A stretch of 64,000 bases of DNA, from contig JBKHEJ010000001.1 of NCBI GenBank assembly GCA_046540855.1, forward strand, positions 6,099-70,098, read 5' to 3'. Positions within the stretch are counted from its first letter, which is position 1. Each line of letters starts with the position of its first letter. This document shows positions 17,267-26,107 of the stretch, one piece after another. A program made the translations under genes and the position numbers. The stretch is from Nitriliruptoraceae bacterium. Lineage in GTDB: Bacteria > Actinomycetota > Nitriliruptoria > Nitriliruptorales > Nitriliruptoraceae. The notes beneath the pieces were generated by a model. That model saw nothing but the letters and a program-made list of their open reading frames with translations, did no database searches and was not told where the DNA came from.

Positions 17267-18997
17267 ATGCGTACACCGATGAGCAGAGCAGGCCGAGGCG
17301 TCGCCCTTCCGGCGCTGGTCATGGCACTGGCGCTGGTTGCCGCCGCGTGCGCCGGATCCGCCGAGGCCCCCACCGAAGAGCCGACGGAGGACAGTGCCGA
17401 GGAGGAGGCGGCGGGCGAGGCCGAAGAGGACGCGACCGGCGCTGACGCCGAGGAGCCTCAGGCCGGAGGCACCGTCGTGTTCGGCGCCGACCAGGAGCCG
17501 GCGATCATCAACCCCTTCCTTCAGGAGGGGAACCTCTACGCGACCTCCGTCGTGACGACCCCGGTGTTGATGTCGCTGTTCCGGGTCACCCCGGACCTGG
17601 AGTACGAGCCCTACCTGCTGGCCGGTGAGCCGACCGTTGAGGAGGACCCCTTCCGCGTCACCTACGAGCTGCACCCGGACGCGACCTGGAGCGACGGTGA
17701 GCCGATCACCGCGGAGGACGTGGAGTTCACCTGGGAGCGCCGCATCGACCCGGAGGTCGAGGTGGTATCCCGAGAGGGCTACGACCTGGTCTCCGACGTG
17801 GAGATCGTGGACGACAAGACCATCACCTTCACCTTCGAGCGGGAATACGCTCCCTGGCGCACGCTCTTCTCCGACCAGTCGGGGGTGATCCTCCCCAAGC
17901 ACATCCTCGAGGGTGAGGACCTGAACGAGGTGTGGCGGGACGAGATCCCGGTCGCCTCAGGCCCCTTCCGTTTCGAGGAGTGGAACAAGGGCGTCGACCT
18001 GACCCTGGTACGCAACGAGGACTACTGGGGTGAGCCGGCACACCTTGATCGGATCGTCTTCCGGTTCCTCGAGGACTCCTCCACCCAGGTGCAGCAACTG
18101 CGCGGTGGCGAGGTCGACGTGCTCGCACCGCAGGCGCAGATCGATCTCGTGGAGCAGGTGGAGGAGATCGGGACCATCACCACCGATGTCGCCAGCGGGG
18201 CCCAGTGGGAGAAGGTCTCCTTCGTCACCGAGGGCACCCCGGTGGAGCCGCTCTATGTCCGGCAGGCGATCGCCAAGGCGATCGACCGCGACGCGATCGT
18301 GGAGGCCCTGATCGCCCCCATCAACCCGGACGCCACTCCGCTGAACAGCCTGCTCTACACCTCCAGCGCCCCGGAGTACCAGCCCAACTGGGAGGAGGCT
18401 CTGGCCTACGACCCCGAGGGGGCGGTCGCGCTGCTCGAGGACAACGGTTGCGAGCGTGACACCGACGATGTGTTCATCTGCGAGGGCGAGCGTCTGGAGA
18501 TCGCGTACGCCACCACCACGGGCAACGAGCGTCGCGAGTTGACCTTCGAGATCATGCAGGCGCAGCTCGCCGAGATCGGCATCGCCCTGACCGCGGACTT
18601 CTCCGAGGCCTCCGTGCTGTTCGGCACCCGGGTGTGGGAGAACGACTACGAGATGGCAGGGTGGGCCCTGACCGGCCAGCCCGATCCGGTCGTTGCGCCC
18701 TCGCAGTGGGGCTGCCCCGACGAGGAGCGGGGGACCGGCTCGCAGAACTTCACCCTGTACTGCGAGCAGGAGGCCACGGATCTGATGGTCGAGGCCAACC
18801 TGACCTCGGACCCGGAGGAGCGAGCTGCGCTCATCAACGCTGCTGATGCGCTGCTGGCCGAGACCATGCTGTCCTTCCCGCTGTACGAGTCGCCGGTCAT
18901 CACCCTGGCCAGCGAGCACGTGCGCGGGGTCCGGACCAACCCGACCAGCGCCGGACCCACCTGGAACGCGGCGGAGTGGTTCCGGACCGACAACTGA
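17267..18997 (+). CDS. ABC transporter substrate-binding lipoprotein, family 5 (paralog of 15213..16961)
   Basis: ATG 17267 after GAGGGAG. MRTPMSRAGRGVALPALVMALALVAAAC, then an acidic linker. Colinear with the preceding gene. Confidence 0.88.
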   Translation: MRTPMSRAGRGVALPALVMALALVAAACAGSAEAPTEEPTEDSAEEEAAGEAEEDATGADAEEPQAGGTVVFGADQEPAIINPFLQEGNLYATSVVTTPVLMSLFRVTPDLEYEPYLLAGEPTVEEDPFRVTYELHPDATWSDGEPITAEDVEFTWERRIDPEVEVVSREGYDLVSDVEIVDDKTITFTFEREYAPWRTLFSDQSGVILPKHILEGEDLNEVWRDEIPVASGPFRFEEWNKGVDLTLVRNEDYWGEPAHLDRIVFRFLEDSSTQVQQLRGGEVDVLAPQAQIDLVEQVEEIGTITTDVASGAQWEKVSFVTEGTPVEPLYVRQAIAKAIDRDAIVEALIAPINPDATPLNSLLYTSSAPEYQPNWEEALAYDPEGAVALLEDNGCERDTDDVFICEGERLEIAYATTTGNERRELTFEIMQAQLAEIGIALTADFSEASVLFGTRVWENDYEMAGWALTGQPDPVVAPSQWGCPDEERGTGSQNFTLYCEQEATDLMVEANLTSDPEERAALINAADALLAETMLSFPLYESPVITLASEHVRGVRTNPTSAGPTWNAAEWFRTDN

Positions 18998-19006
18998 CCA
19001 TCGCTC

Positions 19007-19032
19007 GGGGGTGCCGCCGCGGCGGCACCCCC
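19007..19032. terminator. bidirectional hairpin between convergent genes
   Basis: GGGGGTGCCGCC gc GGCGGCACCCCC, between stop 18997 (plus) and stop 19038 (minus). Confidence 0.6.
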
Positions 19033-19037
19033 GCCGG

Positions 19038-20783
19038 TCAGCGGCCCAGGGCGCTGCCCTCGCGGCGCGGGTCGGCCCCGGCTTCCAGCACGCCGTTCGG
19101 CCGCCGACGTACCGCTGAGACCCCTGCGGCCTGCGGCGCGAAGGCCGGGAGCGGTTCGAGGCGGTGCCCCCGCGCGTGCAGGTCCGCTCGGGTCGCGTCG
19201 GACACCCGAGACTCGATCGCGAGCCCGCCCGGGCGCCACGCGTGGGGGAAGATCGAGCTGGGCACCGAGGTGGTGACGATGCGTGGTGCCTCGATGGCCT
19301 CCTGGACGCCGACGCCGCGGTCCAACAGCTGGACCACCACCTGCACCATCGCCTGGCACTGCGCGTCAGCCCCCGGGCAGCCGTAGGCGAGCACGGCCCG
19401 TCCGTCCAGCCGGAGCAGACCCGGGTTGCAGGTCAGGCGGGGCCGTTTGCCCGGGGCGACCACCGAGGGATGGTCGGCCTCCAGCCACAGCATCGAACCG
19501 CGGGTCGAGACGGTGGCGCCCAGGCCAGGCACCACGGGGCCGAGAAGGGCGGGATCCGAGGGCGTGGCGGCGAAGGCGTTGCCGGCCGCATCCATCGCCG
19601 CGACGAAGGCGGTGTCAGGGCCACCCTCTCCCGAGGTCGGGTTCGGTCGGTAGCCCGCGGGCCCGTTCCGTGAGGTGTGCGGCCACGGGTCGCCTGGCGC
19701 CGGCAGACCGGGCGCGGCAACTCGGTGGTCGATGAGCGCACGGCGTTCGCGGGCGTAGGCGGGGGAGAGCAGCCCCTCCACGGGCACGTCGACGTGCTCC
19801 GGATCGCCGAGGAACCCTTCCCGGTCCGCGAAGGCCAGCTTCAGCGCCTCGGCGATCGCGTGGAGGCGGTCCGGCTCCGTGGCTGCCGCCAGGTCCAGAT
19901 CGGCGAGCAGGTGGAGGGCCAGGGGTACGACCAGCCCCTGGCTCCACGGGCCGCATGCCAGCACCTCATGGCCACGGTACTGGCCTCGAACGGGAGGTTC
20001 GATCGTGCAGCGTGCCGCCGCCAGATCCCGGGCGGTGAGGCCGCTGCCGACGTGCGCTAGGAAGGCGGCGAGTTCTCGGCCGATGCCTCCCGTGAACACG
20101 TCCTGGCGCACCGCCAACAGGGCGGCCACCCGTCCGCGGTGGGCGTGGCTGGACTCCAGAGCCACCAGCCGGCGCAGGAGACCGGCGAGATCCTCCTGCA
20201 CCAGGAGCTCACCGGCCTCGGGCGCCCGCCCTCCGGGCAGGAACACCGCTGCCGTGGTCGGCCAGGCAGAGATGGTCGTGTGCTCCGCTGACAGGTAGGC
20301 CGCCAGGCGCGGCGACACCGGGAACCCCTCTGCCAGCTCGATCGCCGGCGCGGCCACCTCCGCGAGGGTGCGGGTTCCGAAGCGCGCCAGGCAGGTCAGC
20401 CACGCATCGATCGCGCCCGGAGACACCATCCGGGGTACCCCGACCGGCAGATCGCCGTGGAACCTGCGCAGGACCTCAGCACGGTCCCATGCCGCTGGCC
20501 ACCGCCCCAGCCCGTCCATCGCCACCGGATCTCCTTGGGCCGGCTGGAGCAGGATCGGGGCCACCCCCAACACGTTCGACAGGTGCGGCTCCACCACGTT
20601 GAGTGCCAGACCCGCGGCCACGCCAGCGTCGATCGCGGTACCGCCGGCGAGGAACACGCGGTGGCCGGCCTCGGTGGCCGCCTGGTGGGTCGTGCTGATG
20701 GCGTGGTGCCGCGCCAGCACGCTGGGGCGCCCGGTGGTCACCAGGGGCGGCGGCGGTACACCCGGCAGGGGCTCAGCGCTCAC
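19038..20783 (-). CDS. gamma-glutamyltransferase family protein, no signal peptide
   Basis: ...ARHHAISTTHQAATEAGHRVFLAGGTAIDAGVAAG...GGPDTAFVAAMDAAGNAFAATPSD... GTG 20783 overlaps the M20 stop by 11 nt; alternative GTG at 20741. The tracked ORF extends to 20879. Confidence 0.8.
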   Translation of the reverse strand: MSAEPLPGVPPPPLVTTGRPSVLARHHAISTTHQAATEAGHRVFLAGGTAIDAGVAAGLALNVVEPHLSNVLGVAPILLQPAQGDPVAMDGLGRWPAAWDRAEVLRRFHGDLPVGVPRMVSPGAIDAWLTCLARFGTRTLAEVAAPAIELAEGFPVSPRLAAYLSAEHTTISAWPTTAAVFLPGGRAPEAGELLVQEDLAGLLRRLVALESSHAHRGRVAALLAVRQDVFTGGIGRELAAFLAHVGSGLTARDLAAARCTIEPPVRGQYRGHEVLACGPWSQGLVVPLALHLLADLDLAAATEPDRLHAIAEALKLAFADREGFLGDPEHVDVPVEGLLSPAYARERRALIDHRVAAPGLPAPGDPWPHTSRNGPAGYRPNPTSGEGGPDTAFVAAMDAAGNAFAATPSDPALLGPVVPGLGATVSTRGSMLWLEADHPSVVAPGKRPRLTCNPGLLRLDGRAVLAYGCPGADAQCQAMVQVVVQLLDRGVGVQEAIEAPRIVTTSVPSSIFPHAWRPGGLAIESRVSDATRADLHARGHRLEPLPAFAPQAAGVSAVRRRPNGVLEAGADPRREGSALGR

Positions 20784-22209
20784 GGCCACCCTCGGCGTGC
20801 AACGCCGCGCCGATCGTGGCGAGCAGCACGGCCTCGGCGCGGCAGGCGCCACGGAAGCCCGCGACCTCGAGGGACTCATCGGGACCGTGAGCGTTGGTCC
20901 GGGGATCCGCCACGGCGGTGATCAGCGCAGGTATCCCGCCCAGCGCTTCCGCCGCTTGGGCCACGAAGGGGATCGACCCGCCCACGCCCGTTGCGACGGC
21001 GGGCACCCCGTAGCCCGCGCTCAGCGCGTCGAGCGTTGCTCGCGCTGGCCGGGTCGCGGGATCGCAGCGGAAGGGTGGCAGCGCGTCGCCCGGGATCACC
21101 TCGGCCGTGAGCCCCCAGGGCACAGCGGCCGTGAGGTGGCGGACCAGGGCATCGCGTGCCCGTGACGGGGACTGTCCCGGGGCGAGGCGCACGCTGATCC
21201 GTGCCCGGGCCGCGGCGACCTGGATGCTGGCCGAACCCTCCACCGAGGGCGCGTCGATGCCTTCGACGCTGAGCGCGGGACGCAGCCACAAGGCCTCCAG
21301 GGGGTGTCGGTCACCGCCGCCGAGCACCACCCCGTCGTGCACACCGACATCCTCGCGCCAGCTGGGCTCGTCGAAGCCGAGCTCGGTGAGGCGAGCACGC
21401 TCAGCGGCGGTCGGTCGGTGCGCGTCGTCGGCGAAGCCATCGATCGCGATCTCCCCCTGTTGGTCCACGCAGGAGGCGAGCACCTGACACAGCGCCAGCA
21501 GCGGATCCCTCACGAGCCCGCCGACGACGCCGGAGTGGACGTCCGTTCGGGTCGCAGCCAAGGTGATCTCGGCGTCCACACGACCGCGCAGGAAGCACGT
21601 CAGGGAGGGCGTCCCGACGCCATGGTTCAGGCCGTCACAGGCCACCAGCGCGTCAGCGTCGATGCGGTCACGGTGGGTGGCGAGGAGCGCGGGCAGCGTC
21701 GGCGAGCCGATCTCCTCCTCCCCTTCGAACAGGACCGCCACGTGGACCGGAGGTGCACCGCGGGTCGCTACCCAGGCTGCGATCGCCGCGACGTGCACCA
21801 TCACACCGGCCTTGTCGTCGGCGATGCCACGCCCGTAGCAACGTCCATCCTCGCGGCTCGGGTCGAAAGGCGCGCGGCTCCAGCCCGGGCCGACCGGCTG
21901 GACATCGTGGTGGGCGTAGAGGAGCACCGTGGGGGCTTGGGGATCGACCCCCGCGGCGCGGCCCAGCACCGCGGGCGCTCCCCCGTCCGCTCGCACCACC
22001 TCGACGTCATCCAGTCCTGCTTGGCGGAGCAGCCTCGCGCACGCTATGGCGCTGGTGGACAGGTCATCCCGGTGCGCCGGTTCCCCGCTGATGCTCGGGA
22101 TGCGCACGAGGTCCTCGAGCGCGGACAGGTGCGCTTCGAGGTGGTCGTCGATGTGGGCCAGGACATCGTCGATGCCGAGGGCGGCAACCGGTAGCGGGGG
22201 TGGGATCAC
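20773..22209 (-). CDS. M20 family metallopeptidase (dipeptidase/ArgE/DapE-like)
   Basis: ...LVRIPSISGEP...LLYAHHDVQPVG...GRGIADDKAG... 478 aa. RBS GAGGAG. Confidence 0.88.
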   Translation of the reverse strand: MIPPPLPVAALGIDDVLAHIDDHLEAHLSALEDLVRIPSISGEPAHRDDLSTSAIACARLLRQAGLDDVEVVRADGGAPAVLGRAAGVDPQAPTVLLYAHHDVQPVGPGWSRAPFDPSREDGRCYGRGIADDKAGVMVHVAAIAAWVATRGAPPVHVAVLFEGEEEIGSPTLPALLATHRDRIDADALVACDGLNHGVGTPSLTCFLRGRVDAEITLAATRTDVHSGVVGGLVRDPLLALCQVLASCVDQQGEIAIDGFADDAHRPTAAERARLTELGFDEPSWREDVGVHDGVVLGGGDRHPLEALWLRPALSVEGIDAPSVEGSASIQVAAARARISVRLAPGQSPSRARDALVRHLTAAVPWGLTAEVIPGDALPPFRCDPATRPARATLDALSAGYGVPAVATGVGGSIPFVAQAAEALGGIPALITAVADPRTNAHGPDESLEVAGFRGACRAEAVLLATIGAALHAEGGRER

Positions 22210-22352
22210 GGTGCGCTCCTCGTTCGGTGCACGTCGGGCCAGGGCTGGCCGGTGGCGACGACCCTAACGGAGCGTGCGCCTCCAGCCTCGCCACCCTGGG
22301 GCGGGGTCGCCGACGGTCTTGTCCCGCGTGGGCGACCCTCGCTAGCCTGCCC

Positions 22353-22370
22353 CGAACGTTCGCTCGTTCG
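22353..22370. promoter_or_regulatory. operator-like palindrome site 8, two overlapping copies (CGAACGTTCGCTCGTTCG)
   Basis: In the divergent region between the M20-GGT operon and the PPOX-BNR operon; TAGCCT box at 22343-22348. Confidence 0.6.
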
Positions 22371-22413
22371 TTCCTCGAACGGGTCTCATCCGGCTGGACA
22401 CGAGGAGAACCGT

Positions 22414-22797
22414 ATGGCCCTTTCGGAGGACGTCGTCGAACTCGCGAAGGGCAGGAACTTCGCCACGCTGACCACCATGCTTGCCGACGGGCACCCCGCC
22501 ACGCAGGTCATGTGGGTCGACTGCGATGACGAGTGCGTGATCATCAACACCGAGGTGCACCGCCAGAAGTTCAAGAACGTCGAACGTGACCCCCGGGTCA
22601 CGGTGTGCATCTGGGAACAGGACAACCCCTACCGCTACGTCGAGGTCCGTGGCGAGGTGGTCGAGATCGTGCGTGGGCAGCGTGCCCGTGATCACATCGA
22701 CGAGTGCGCGCAGTTGTACTTCGGCCGTCCGTACAACCCCGAGATCATCAAGAGCGAGCGGGTGATGCTCCGCATCAAGCCGCTGGCCGACCTCTGA
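22414..22797 (+). CDS. pyridoxamine 5-phosphate oxidase (PPOX) family, F420/FMN-binding split-barrel protein
   Basis: ATG 22414 after GAGGAG. MALSEDVVELAKGRNFATLTTMLADGHPATQVMWVDCDD... 127 aa. Confidence 0.75.
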   Translation: MALSEDVVELAKGRNFATLTTMLADGHPATQVMWVDCDDECVIINTEVHRQKFKNVERDPRVTVCIWEQDNPYRYVEVRGEVVEIVRGQRARDHIDECAQLYFGRPYNPEIIKSERVMLRIKPLADL

Positions 22798-22861
22798 TCG
22801 TGACGCCCGTCCTAGGCGTACGTGAACCCGGCCTCCGGAGCACCTGACATCGGAGAGAGCT

Positions 22862-25800
22862 GTGACCCTGCCGATCGTCCCCCGCCCGCTTGTGGACCTA
22901 CCGCGGTGGCGCTTCGTCGGCCCGCCGCGTGGTGGCCGGGTCGTGGCGGTGGCTGGTGATCCGCGCGAGGCGATGACCTTCTGGATGGGGGCGTGTTCGG
23001 GTGGGGTGTTCAAGACCACCGACGGTGGGCGGTACTGGCTGCCGATGACCGATGGCTGGTTCGGTTCGCCGTCGGTCGGTGCGATCGCGGTTGCTGATAG
23101 TGACCCGAACGTGGTGTGGGTGGGGACCGGTGAGGGGGCGGTACGCAACAACGTGGTCCCTGGTGATGGGGTCTACCGCACCACCGATGGGGGGCGCACC
23201 TGGGACCATCTCGGTCTCGCGGCTACCCGTCACATCCCCCGTGTGCGTGTCCACCCGCTCGATCCCGATGTGGCCTACGTCGCGGCGATCGGGGACATCT
23301 TCGGGCCGAACCCGGAGCGGGGGGTGTACCGCACCACCGATGGGGGGCGTGGTTGGGAGTTGGTGCTGCATGTGGATGAGCGCACCGGTGCGGCGGATCT
23401 GGCGATGGATCCGAACAACCCGCGGATCCTGTTCGCGGCCATGTGGGAGGCTGAGCGCAAGCCCTGGACGATGCGTTCGGGTGGTGAGGGGTCGGGGTTG
23501 TACCGATCCACCGATGGTGGGGACAGTTGGGAGTTGGTGTCGGGCAAGCCGGGGTTCGCCGAGGGCATCCTTGGCCGGATGGGGGTGTCGGTGTCGCCGG
23601 CGCGGTCGGGGCGGGTGTTCGCGCTGGTGGAGGCGGCGGAGGGGCAGGGTGGGCTGTACCGCTCTGATGATCTGGGTGCGACCTGGGAGCAGGTCAGTGA
23701 CCATCGGGGGATCCAGGGCCGACCCTGGTACTACAGCCACGTGGTTGCAGACCCCGTCCACGCTGACACCGTCTACTCGATGAACCTGTGGGCGTGGCGC
23801 TCCACCGACGGTGGCCGCAACTGGACCCAGTTCCAGACGCCGCACGGCGACAACCACGGCCTGTGGATCGACCCTCGGGATCCGCGACGCATGATCAACG
23901 GCAACGACGGGGGCGCGTGTGTGTCGTTCAACGCGGGCGTGAGCTGGTCCTCGATCTACAACCAGCCGACCGCGCAGCTGTACCGGTTCGACGTCGACCC
24001 CCGGTTCCCTCACGACCTCTACGCGACCCAGCAGGACAACTCGGGCATCCGGGTGCCCTCGCGGTCCTGGAAGGGGGCGATCCGTTGGGACGATTGTCAG
24101 GAGCTCGGAGAGGCTGAGTCCGGGGATGTCGCCCTCGACCCCACCGACCCCACCACGGTGTTCCTCGGTGGCGCTGGGTTCGGTCACCCGGGACCACTGC
24201 TGCGCTTCGACCGTGTGACCGAGCAACCGGCCGACGTCGCGGTGTGGCCGGAGTACTTCATGGGGGTTGGTGCGAGTGAGCAGCGGCACCGGTTCGGGTG
24301 GACCTTCCCGATCGAGTTCTCCCCGCATGACCCTACGGTGCTGTACATCGGGGGGGAGCGGGTGTTCCGTTCCACCGACCGTGGTATGAGTTGGGAGGCG
24401 ATCAGTCCTGATCTGACCCGGGATGATCCTGACAAGCAGCGCCCGTCGGGTGGCCCGATCTCCCTCGATACCTCGGGAGCGGAGATCTACTGCACGATCC
24501 ACGCCTTCGCGGAGTCGCCTCTGACGCCGGGGGAGCTGTGGGCCGGTTCCGATGACGGCTTGGTGCACGTGTCTGTCGACGGCGGTGCGAGCTGGCGGGA
24601 TGTCACGCCGCCGGAGTTGCCTGCGTGGTCCACGGTGCAGCGCATCGAGGTGTCCCGCCACACGCCGGGGACGGCGTACCTGGCGGCGCACGCCTACCGG
24701 GTCCAGGACCGTCGTCCGCTGCTGTTCGTCACGCGCGATCACGGTGGTCGCTGGGAGCGGATCACTGCGGGTATCCCTGAGGACGAGTGGACGCGCACCA
24801 TCCGTGAGGACACGGTCGCGAGCGAGGTGCTGTATGCGGGGACGGAGCGGGGGCCGTGGATGTCCCGGGATGGTGGGTCGAGTTGGACCTCGATCGCGGG
24901 GAACCTGCCGGCGGTGCCGATCTACGATCTGCGGTTGCTCGGCCATGAGTTGATCGTGGCGACCCACGGTCGCGGTTTCTGGATCCTGGACGACGTCACG
25001 CCCCTGCGTGAGGAGCCGGCGGAGCTGGAGGATGAGGCCCTGCTCCTGCACGAGCTGCCGCCGGTGTACCGCTATCCGACACCCAACGGCTTCGACATGC
25101 CGGGTGAGGGCGTGTGGAACGGCGGGTTCTTCGGCGTGCCACTGGGCGGGGCCTCGTTCACCCCGGTCCGCCAGCTCGACGGGTCGACGGAGAACCTCGT
25201 CATCGAAGGCGGAACCAACCCGCCGAACGGGGCGACACTCTACTACCACCTCGGCTCAAGACTCGCTGACGATGGGGCTGAGCTCACCCTGACCGTGCGC
25301 GACGAGGCGGGCAGGGAGCTGTGCGTCCTGTCCGACAGCGAGGATGAGGCTGGTCCTCCGCGCCCCACCCTGCCCCGCAGGTCCGGTCTCAACCGGTTCA
25401 CCTGGGACCTGAGGACCACGCCAGCGGCTTCCGTCCCCTCCTCCGAGGGCACTCGCTCCGCCGTCGTCGCGGGGCCACGCGTGCCGCCCGGCCGCTACCT
25501 CCTGGAACTACGGTGCGGTGCGGCGATCGCCACCTCGCGGCTCGAGGTCCGTCGTGACCCCCGCGGGTACGCCACCGACGAGGACCTCGTCACCCAGTTC
25601 CGCTACCTGACACGGGTCCGTGATCTGGTGGCGGTGATCCATGACCAGCTCGAGCTGTTGCGCGGCCTTCGCTCGGCGGTCAGCCGCGTGGTCGGGTTGG
25701 ACGATGCAGGGCTGGTCGCCGGAGCGGAGGACCTGCTCGGCGAGCTCGACCGGTTGGAGGCGATCCTCACCCAGCCGGACATGCTGGACCACGGCGATGC

Positions 25801-26080
25801 GCTCAAGATGCCCGCGGGTCTCGACCAGAAGCTCGTGTTGCTGACCGAGATCGTCGTCGAGCTTTCCGACACCGCGCCGAACCAGGGCGCCTGGCAGGTG
25901 CTCGAGCGCTTCGAGCGCCAGGTCCTCACCGCGGTGGAGGAGTTGGAGCGTGTCCGGACCGAACGCGTGGACGCTCTGGTCGCCGCCCTTCGGGGCGCGG
26001 ATGATGCCACGCTCCTGCCCCTACCGGCGCTGCGGGAGGAGGCCACGCTGGCCACCGTGCGCGCCGAGCCCCTCGCTTAA
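22862..26080 (+). CDS. BNR/Asp-box repeat protein (sortilin/VPS10-like double propeller, often annotated glycosyl hydrolase), copy 1
   Basis: At least 10 SxDxGxxW repeats (TTDGGRYW, TTDGGRTW, STDGGDSW, STDGGRNW, STDRGMSW, SVDGGASW, SRDGGSSW...). 1072 aa. No signal peptide. Confidence 0.85.
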   Translation: MTLPIVPRPLVDLPRWRFVGPPRGGRVVAVAGDPREAMTFWMGACSGGVFKTTDGGRYWLPMTDGWFGSPSVGAIAVADSDPNVVWVGTGEGAVRNNVVPGDGVYRTTDGGRTWDHLGLAATRHIPRVRVHPLDPDVAYVAAIGDIFGPNPERGVYRTTDGGRGWELVLHVDERTGAADLAMDPNNPRILFAAMWEAERKPWTMRSGGEGSGLYRSTDGGDSWELVSGKPGFAEGILGRMGVSVSPARSGRVFALVEAAEGQGGLYRSDDLGATWEQVSDHRGIQGRPWYYSHVVADPVHADTVYSMNLWAWRSTDGGRNWTQFQTPHGDNHGLWIDPRDPRRMINGNDGGACVSFNAGVSWSSIYNQPTAQLYRFDVDPRFPHDLYATQQDNSGIRVPSRSWKGAIRWDDCQELGEAESGDVALDPTDPTTVFLGGAGFGHPGPLLRFDRVTEQPADVAVWPEYFMGVGASEQRHRFGWTFPIEFSPHDPTVLYIGGERVFRSTDRGMSWEAISPDLTRDDPDKQRPSGGPISLDTSGAEIYCTIHAFAESPLTPGELWAGSDDGLVHVSVDGGASWRDVTPPELPAWSTVQRIEVSRHTPGTAYLAAHAYRVQDRRPLLFVTRDHGGRWERITAGIPEDEWTRTIREDTVASEVLYAGTERGPWMSRDGGSSWTSIAGNLPAVPIYDLRLLGHELIVATHGRGFWILDDVTPLREEPAELEDEALLLHELPPVYRYPTPNGFDMPGEGVWNGGFFGVPLGGASFTPVRQLDGSTENLVIEGGTNPPNGATLYYHLGSRLADDGAELTLTVRDEAGRELCVLSDSEDEAGPPRPTLPRRSGLNRFTWDLRTTPAASVPSSEGTRSAVVAGPRVPPGRYLLELRCGAAIATSRLEVRRDPRGYATDEDLVTQFRYLTRVRDLVAVIHDQLELLRGLRSAVSRVVGLDDAGLVAGAEDLLGELDRLEAILTQPDMLDHGDALKMPAGLDQKLVLLTEIVVELSDTAPNQGAWQVLERFERQVLTAVEELERVRTERVDALVAALRGADDATLLPLPALREEATLATVRAEPLA
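22900..25117 (+). repeat. tandem direct repeat unit A (2218 bp, apparently identical to 26146..28363)
   Basis: Offset 3246 bp. The main-frame translation (739 aa) and six off-frame tracked ORFs are identical between copies. Boundaries read directly from the sequence. Confidence 0.9.
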
Positions 26081-26107
26081 CCCTTCGCCCCCATCAGGAG
26101 CGTGACC